Notes under the pieces: model-generated
Told to the model about the DNA's origin: nothing
The model's input: only the letters and a program-made list of their open reading frames with translations
Databases searched by the model: none
Part shown: positions 55,479-64,000 of the stretch, one piece after another
How the letters are laid out: each line of letters opens with the position of its first letter
Numbering within the stretch: the stretch's first letter is position 1
Program-made: the position numbers and the translations under genes
Assembly: GCA_028534125.1 (NCBI GenBank)
Contig: CM052816.1
Location: forward strand, 75,518,001 to 75,582,000
DNA length: 64,000 bases
Origin: Lama glama
Taxonomy: Eukaryota
Reading direction: 5' to 3'

Positions 55479-57487
55479 TGACATGATAATTAATCTTAGT
55501 TCTTTTGGAAAGCTATGAGTTGTATTTTTATCTGGCTTATTAAATCTTCTGTTTTTCCTGTTTCAAATCACTATTTACTCATTATTTCAACCGATATATT
55601 TATTAAGTCCCCATGACATGCCAGACATCATTTCATGCTGGGGAGACAGACCCGAGTCCCCACTCTCATGGAACTGACATACCAATGTGCAGAGAGAACA
55701 ATGAATAACTAAAGTGATCAAAATTATATAGAATGTCAGCTATTTCATGTCTTATATATCATAACCCATGTTTGAGCTGAGTCACTGACTAGGAAAACAT
55801 CAATCTACCAAAATTTCCTGTGTCTATGAAAATCACAGTTAATTTAAATGACATATAAAGAAAGCTTGACTGCTTCAAAATAGTGTAATGCCTTACAAAG
55901 AATAGGTTACACAGTGCATTCACATATGTAATCCCATCCTTATCTTGCTTAATAGCTACAATTTTTTAAAGTAGGCTAAATTATATCCTATTTAGATCTC
56001 TTTATTGCTATATTATAAAAGATTTAACACAGCTACCTTCTCTGATTCAGTTTCTTTTCTGTGCTTTGAGCTATTAAAGCTTTTATTTTTTAACATGCTG
56101 GGATAGTTAACTCATGAGCCAACATGGAACGTTTAAAATATCTTGTAGAAGTCTTTTCTGCAAAAGCAAAATCCAAAGAATTTGCTGACAACTTTCCTGG
56201 CTTCCCACAGGAAGAGTTAGGCAGCCAATAAGAAAGTACACAAAATAATAAGGGAGCGCAGGGAGGGAAGCACAGGAAAGGCCGTGACATTGGAACTGAG
56301 CTTGCAACCCATGAAGTCATCCATTAGAGAGGAGGTGCAGTCCCTAAAGAGGGGATAAAACCCACAGAAGCATAGGTTGGAGGTAGGGTAACGTCCACAC
56401 TTGAGTAAGTCCTGTGGGAGAAGGGCAGTCAGACAGGGGAAAGGGGATATAAAGAAACAGAAATAAAAGAAACCAAAAAAGGTGATCTTGGCCACACAAT
56501 AAAAGCCTTGACTACACAGGACTTTTTTTTTTAAGAAGTAGGAAACCTTAGAAGGGCTTAAGCAAGAAAAATGAGATCTTAAAAATGAGAAAAGAGTGAT
56601 TTTCAAGAAACAAAGGCAGATGTGCAGAGTCCATTTCTGTAGTGCTTAAGCAAGAAAAATCTTTAAACGTGTCCACTGCTGGGAAATGTGGTAGAAGAAC
56701 CTCCCAGGTGACACACAGTCTCGAGGGAAATAAATGGTTATTATTACTAGCCACTAAGTTTTGAGGTAGTTTGCCATACAACAAAATGTAGCTAATAGAA
56801 AAAGAAATCATATAATATTAGGTAGAAAAAAAGCAGAATATAGGACTATCAAGAGTGGTGTCAATCTTTAAGAAATTAAAATACATAGAAAAAATATGGA
56901 AAAGAAAAGTCAAATAAGGAAATAACATGTTGAAATTACACCACATAGTGTTTATCTGTGAGTGCCGTGGGAACCATGTTTTCTGCTTCATCTTAATCTT
57001 TGTAATTTCTAAATTTTTATCATCACTACATATTGCATTTATATTTTATACTTGTTCATTTTTCATGTCAACAGAAGCCAGTTATAGTGGATTGAGAAAT
57101 AAACGGGTGGCGGGGAGTGGAGACTGCAATGACAGAACACTCCTTCAAAAAGCTTTGCTTTGAGAGAAAAGAAAGAGAAATAGAATTGGATGAAGATAAT
57201 AGTGGAGTCGAAATGATATGGAATCAAAGTTTTTTTTAATTTTAAATTTATTAACATAGAAAAAGAAAGTGACAGAAGAGCTGGGCAAATACTGAAATGA
57301 GTATCAATATAGATAATAGATGTAGATAAAAATATAAATATAAATATAAAAACTCTACCTCATACAATGATCTGAACATAAACATTTTTTAAAGAAAACT
57401 TTCTTGGTTGAAAGCAGCGGAGGAAGTTTTTTGGGGGGAAGTATCTAAAGCTCCTGGTATTCTGAGAAATGTACGAAAGCATGATGA

Positions 57488-57679
<192 letters not shown>

Positions 57680-58022
57680 TAAAGAAACTGATGCCAATAG
57701 TTGACCAGCAATTGTCCTAGAGGATATTAAGTTGTAAGAGGGCCTGAGGAACTTAAAGACCTGTTTGGGCAGCTGAACTTATATACGTCTTGCGAAATAT
57801 GAAGTAGAGAAGAGCTGGGTATAGCTGGAGGGTGGAGACTCCAGAAAAGAGTTTCTTCTTAAGCTGCTGGGGCACTGAACAAGGTAGAGGGGCCAGAATC
57901 ACTACAAAAATCTTGTAACCACAGGAAGGCTATGTATGGGTGTGTTCTCCTCACAAAATGTAACTGTCTGCCTTCCACATCCTGTCCTGCTGCTTCGTGT
58001 GCAGCCTCCAACTAACCTTTGA

Positions 58023-58199
<177 letters not shown>

Positions 58200-58202
58200 T
58201 GA

Positions 58203-58313
<111 letters not shown>

Positions 58314-58468
58314 TAATTAAAATATCTCCAAGTGATGCTGACGACAAGGATGCAGTGTGTGCAAACTGTCACTTTGTCACTTTCACACAAACACACAAAA
58401 TGTTTCTTCAACTCACAGTAGTCTGCGCCTTTCCCCATTCCACCTGTTCCTAAGAGGAGCGCTATAGG

Positions 58469-59025
58469 TAAGCTGACCAGTCATCCTGGTCTGTCGGGGA
58501 CTAAAGGACTTCCAGGGAAATAGAACTTTCAGTTCTAAAACCAGAAAGGTCTCAGGCATATTTTGGACATTAACTCCTTACTGGATATATGGTCAGCAAA
58601 TATTTTTTTCCCATTCCATATGTTACCTTTTCATATTTTGTTGATGGTTTCCTTTTCTGAGCAGAAGCCTTTTGGTTTCATTTAGTCCCATGTGTTTATT
58701 TTTGCTTTTGTTGCCTCTGCTTTTGGCATCAAATTCAATCATTGCCAAGACCAATGTCATGGAGCTTACTCCCTATGTTTTCTTTGAGGAGTTTGACAGT
58801 TTCAGGTCTTGCGTTTAAGTCTTAAATCCATTTTGTTTTAATCTGTGTGTTTGGTGTAAATCCAATTTCATTTTTTTTCACGTGGCTGCCCAGTTTTCCC
58901 AGCACCATTTATTGAAAAGACTATTCTTTCCGCTACTGTATATTCGTGGCTCCTTTGGTGAAAATTAATTGACCATATGTACATAGGTTTATTTCCAGGC
59001 AAACCAGTATGAGTTGGTAACCCTA
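58469..59025. mobile_element. MER81-like hAT-Blackjack element split by an antisense internal L1 fragment (58559-58995)
   Basis: Terminal inverted repeats taagctgacca... / ...ttggtaacccta. The minus ORF 58868..59149 ends in L1 ORF2-like IFHQRSHEYTVAERIVFSINGAGKTGQP. Confidence 0.7.
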
Positions 59026-59351
59026 AGGCTAGGAAATGCTTTTTTTCTTGGTATTTGAGATTATTTGAAACTCTGTCAAACCCAGTCACCCTTTTTTCTT
59101 CCTTGTCATCTCTTAGTATCTGTTCCTTGACTCTCTTTTCCTTCTTCATTCTCTCCCTTTCCTTCTTGCTTTCACATCAGAGTCCCACCCACTACCAGGT
59201 TAGAATACCTGATATAGGTTGTAGAAGAAGCACCAAGTCTCCAGGGTCAGGATACAAAACTAATTCAATTACCAGCTGAAGGGTGACTTTGACATTCCTC
59301 ATAGAATTATCCTCTTCCCATTCACAAATATCTTACCTAAGGTCAAAATGA

Positions 59352-59510
<159 letters not shown>

Positions 59511-59891
59511 TGAGGAAGCCAGAGGGGTCTGTTTTGTACAAAGAAGCAAACTGAAGCCTATGCATTCTCTAAGTTTATCCTATGTCTTTGGAATGTTTAT
59601 AGAACATTATATTCAAATGAAGCTCTGTTTTCTTAGTTGTCTACAATCTACTACTTTTAAACAGGCATTTCCAATTACCTCGCTTATTTCATGATATTTA
59701 TGGATGCCCCCATTAGATGAGTAGAATATTTGAGAATTGAATTCAGAATTTAAGAACACCAGTAAGCTGGTTAAGTGGGCCAATAAACAGGGGGTGCATA
59801 GAAAGAATGAACAATGTTCCAAAAATTAGTAAATTTAGAAAAAAGTACAATTTAGTAAATTTTCATATCTAATTCCAAAAAGCACATACTT

Positions 59892-61539
59892 TCTTGTTTT
59901 TTCTTTTTCAGTTTTATTAGGTAGAATTATTATAGTTTGATTGCACATACACATTATATTGCATGTAAATACATATATACAGTGCACTGCACATNNNNNN
60001 NNNNNNNNNNNNNNNNNNNNNNNNNNNNNNNNNNNNNNNNNNNNNNNNNNNNNNNNNNNNNNNNNNNNNNNNNNNNNNNNNNNNNNNNNNNNNNNNNNNN
60101 NNNNNNNNNNNNNNNNNNNNNNNNNNNNNNNNNNNNNNNNNNNNNNNNNNNNNNNNNNNNNNNNNNNNNNNNNNNNNNNNNNNNNNNNNNNNNNNNNNNN
60201 NNNNNNNNNNNNNNNNNNNNNNNNNNNNNNNNNNNNNNNNNNNNNNNNNNNNNNNNNNNNNNNNNNNNNNNNNNNNNNNNNNNNNNNNNNNNNNNNNNNN
60301 NNNNNNNNNNNNNNNNNNNNNNNNNNNNNNNNNNNNNNNNNNNNNNNNNNNNNNNNNNNNNNNNNNNNNNNNNNNNNNNNNNNNNNNNNNNNNNNNNNNN
60401 NNNNNNNNNNNNNNNNNNNNNNNNNNNNNNNNNNNNNNNNNNNNNNNNNNNNNNNNNNNNNNNNNNNNNNNNNNNNNNNNNNNNNNNNNNNNNNTTTTTA
60501 GTTTACATGTATGGACTGATCTTTGTTTCTAAGAACAGGTTAGAGCTTTAGCTTTTTAATCTTACATAGTTATCAAAGGAATAAAGCCAACTACGAAATA
60601 TGAATCAACAGAATTCAGTAATCCAATCATAAAGGACAGTCAAGTGTGCTTACACATATTCAAGAAATCAATCATCTTAGTTATAAATAATAATTAGTTC
60701 ATTTGTGTCTATATTATTATTTTTATTTTTTTTAGATTCCTCATATAAATGATGTCATATGGCATTTTTTTTCTCTTTCCGGCCCACTTCACTTAGAATG
60801 ACAACCTTCAGGTCCATCCATATTGCTGCAAATGGCATTATTTTATTCTTTTTTATGGCTGAGTACTGTTCTGTTGTATATATGTACCACATCTTCTTTA
60901 TCCAGTCATCTGTTGATGGACATTTGGGCTGTTTCCATGTCTCGGCTATCATAAATATTGCTGCTGTGAACATTAGGGTGCATATGTCTTTTTCATTTTA
61001 TTTTTCTCCAATTATATGCCCAGGAGTGGGATTGTTGGATCACATGGTAAGTCTATTTTCAGTTTTTAAGGAACCTCCTTACTGTCCTGCATAGTGGCTG
61101 CACCAATCTACACTCCCACCAGTGGTGTAGGAGAGTTCCCTTTTCTCCACATCCTCTCCAGCATCTATCATTGGTAGACTTTTCAATGATGGCCATTCTG
61201 GCTGGTGTGAAGTGATGTCTCATTGTAGTTTTGATCTGCATTTCTCTGACAATTAGTGATGCTGAACATTTTTCCATGTGCCTGTTGGCCATTTGTATGT
61301 TCTTATTGGAGAACTGCTTGTTTAGGTCTTCTGCCCATTTTTAGATTAGGTTGCTTCTTTCTTTGATATTAAGGTGTATGAGCTATTTGTATATTCTGGA
61401 AATTGGTCCCTTGTCAGTATTATCATTTGCAAATATTTTCTCCCATTTTGTAGGCTGTCTTTTCATTTTGTTGATGGTATTCTTAGCTATGCAAAAGCTT
61501 TAAAGTTTAATTAGATCCCATTTGTTTATTTTTGCTCAT
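59892..61539 (-). mobile_element. Antisense L1 (ORF2 C-terminus) with atypical 3' end, in MROH2B intron 10; spans the assembly gap
   Basis: Minus ORFs 60755..60973 (MFTAAIFMIAETWKQPKCPSTDDWIKKMWYIYT) and 61059..61292 are L1 ORF2. TSD aaagcacatactt (59879-59891) / aaagtacgtactt (61540-61552). Confidence 0.85.
59995..60494. other. Assembly gap (500 N)
   Basis: Run of N. Confidence 1.
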
Positions 61540-61951
61540 AAAGTACGTACTTCCCTATTATTGGGATGCATCTTATAATTGATAGCATCTTTAATTATCA
61601 TCAGCCACTATAGTTTTTCACTTTGGGTGCAATATAAAATAATGATGCCTCATAAAATTGATATCTTGGATTTAATGTAGTATGATAATTCATTTTTGCA
61701 CTGCATTATAATAGTTTTTAAAAACTCAGCTTGCCCTGAGGTTTATTGGAGAATTGGCAGAAAAAACATGAAGTAGTCTATAAAATTTAAAGCCGATCCA
61801 TTAGGCATGATGTATTGAAGCCACTTAAGAATCTAACATTTTAAACAAGATGAAACAAAATGTAATAGAGAACCCAAAAAACAGCAATCAACATCTTTAA
61901 AGAGCTGGAAAAGGGGAGGGTAGGAGGGAACTGAATAACATAAAAGGTTAA

Positions 61952-62203
<252 letters not shown>

Positions 62204-63735
62204 TAAGGATCTGCTTATGAGAATGCTTTATAAAGAGCTCACTGATCAATTCTCCTTTTAAAAGAACTGTATCTTTCCCCAAAAGATAAGCTATATCAAA
62301 GTGAAGTTCTAAAGCACATTTAATTCAAGGGTTTCTCTGTAAGGGGAAAAAACAAAGATTTTTGCCCTGAACATCACCATGCCATAGACTTCAAATAGTT
62401 AAGAAATTAATTGTTCATTATAAAGATAACATATCTTCCTCTAGAAAAGAATAACCCTTGAACTTTGTTCTGAGCATAGACACCCTGTTTTCCACTCAGG
62501 GAGCACCTAGAGCAAGTTTTGCACAGAGTAGATTGCTCAATATTTCCTGATTATTTGATTAAAGTATTCCATGTTAGAAAAGACAGAATTTGTACAGGAA
62601 CAATTTTTTAAATTAGCAATTGTTGTATTATTTGTATGAAAACCATATTTTGTTTGGATCAAAGCCCTACACAGAAGCAAAGGAAGAGGAGAAAATTCCC
62701 CTAGAGGCTTTAGTCACCAACTAACTGCGGTTACAATAACCAAAGCTATGCAATAAACAGCAATGGAGTGATTAAATATAAATGCCTGACCCAGTAACTG
62801 GCCAAGCCAATCAAAGAATTACTAGTAGATTTTAAAGTAGAATAAAATAGCACAGAAACGTTAGGGAAGGCCAGCTCCTCAGGCAAAAACAGAGATGTAC
62901 CTCTGTCTCCTCACTTAGGGCGATCACTGAGTGCCTGTATGCTAACTGCTAATTGCCACCATGCAGCCCTGCCTTCCTGTTTAAAAATATTATTTTCTTC
63001 CCACCCTCCATTAAAAGACCCATTCACTAAGCAATTAGATCTGAGCTTTCTATCCTCCAGGGAAGCAATCCAATAAACTAATTGAAGCCAAATTATCAAA
63101 AACTTGTAACACAGGTTCATAAACCTTTATTCGAATCCCTAGGGCCAGATGTATTTCAGAATTCACAATTTTTCAGATGTTAGAAAAACATTACTGTGAC
63201 TGTGGCCCGCTGTCAAACCTATTGATATTTCTTCAAGAAAATGTATGCATACCCACACTTCATAAAATACGTGAAGACTACAAATAGCTTTGAAGCCATT
63301 CAGATTGGGGTTTGCCACCAATGAGATGGGAACACATTTAAGAAACAAAATCCAAGTTTTCAGACTTGTTCAGAGTTTGAATTTGTGAATAAGGAATCGT
63401 GAAACTTTATTTAAATGTGCTGTCTTCCAATAAGGATTTTTAAAGCGAGGCAATGTTTTAGTCCAAAGTTGCTAATGTTTCAAAGGATGTAGTAGTAGAG
63501 GCTATGTCTTGGGAATAAGGAGAAAGATTTGGGTTAAAGAGAGCTTTTCCAGTGACCCCTAAGTCATAGCCTATAGATTACTTCCTGCTCCATCTATCAT
63601 TAGTCACATCATTCAATTTATACTCTTTTTTGGAAAGATTCTCCCTGAATAATCCATGAAGGTTAAACAATTGGAGAATCTAGATTTTTATTCTGCCGAA
63701 CAGAGAAAAATGTTGTGAATGTTTCCTTACTCTAG

Positions 63736-63861
<126 letters not shown>

Positions 63862-63920
63862 TGAAGAGGGAGCCGTTTTGAGTTCTGCCCTGAGATAAAT
63901 GCAGTTGACTCAGCTGGATT

Positions 63921-63971
63921 TAAAAAAAAAAGAAAAGAAAAGAAAAGAAAGAAAGAAAACAAACAAAAAAA
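63921..63971 (+). repeat. A-rich / (GAAAA)n simple repeat
   Basis: aaaaaaaaaagaaaagaaaagaaaagaaagaaagaaaacaaacaaaaaa. Confidence 0.9.
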
Positions 63972-64000
63972 CTGTGGTTCAATTCGGTGACTGGTTTAGA

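Noticed and set aside
59937..60551. ORFs of 204 and 186 aa
   Set aside because: Artefacts of translating through the 500-N gap.

Overview
Mammalian genomic DNA, very probably a camelid (alpaca, llama or camel), judged from two short tRNA-derived vic-1-type SINEs and no recognised Alu, Bov-A/Bov-tA or PRE-1 SINE. It holds two + strand spliced genes in tandem. The first is the last four coding exons of complement component C6 (end of CCP2 plus FIM1/FIM2 domains, stop at 12941-12943). About 31.5 kb downstream are coding exons 1-12 of the testis HEAT-repeat gene MROH2B (ATG at 44465; 1230 nt = 410 codons spliced in frame, continuing past the window). All splice sites are GT-AG and the phases join. 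The rest is intronic or intergenic sequence rich in L1, L2, MIR, MaLR/ERVL LTRs, an ERV-L pol relic and DNA-transposon remnants, with a 500-N gap at 59995-60494. Orthologue and repeat-family comparisons are from memory, not database searches. I found no convincing new multi-gene system. The most unusual observations are: an L1 whose normal 3' UTR is replaced by an unrelated polyadenylated sequence, a TSD-flanked 5'-only L1 insertion, a diverged direct repeat flanking MROH2B exon 3, and small C6 changes (stop two codons early, shifted N-glycosylation sequon, NAGNAG acceptor).
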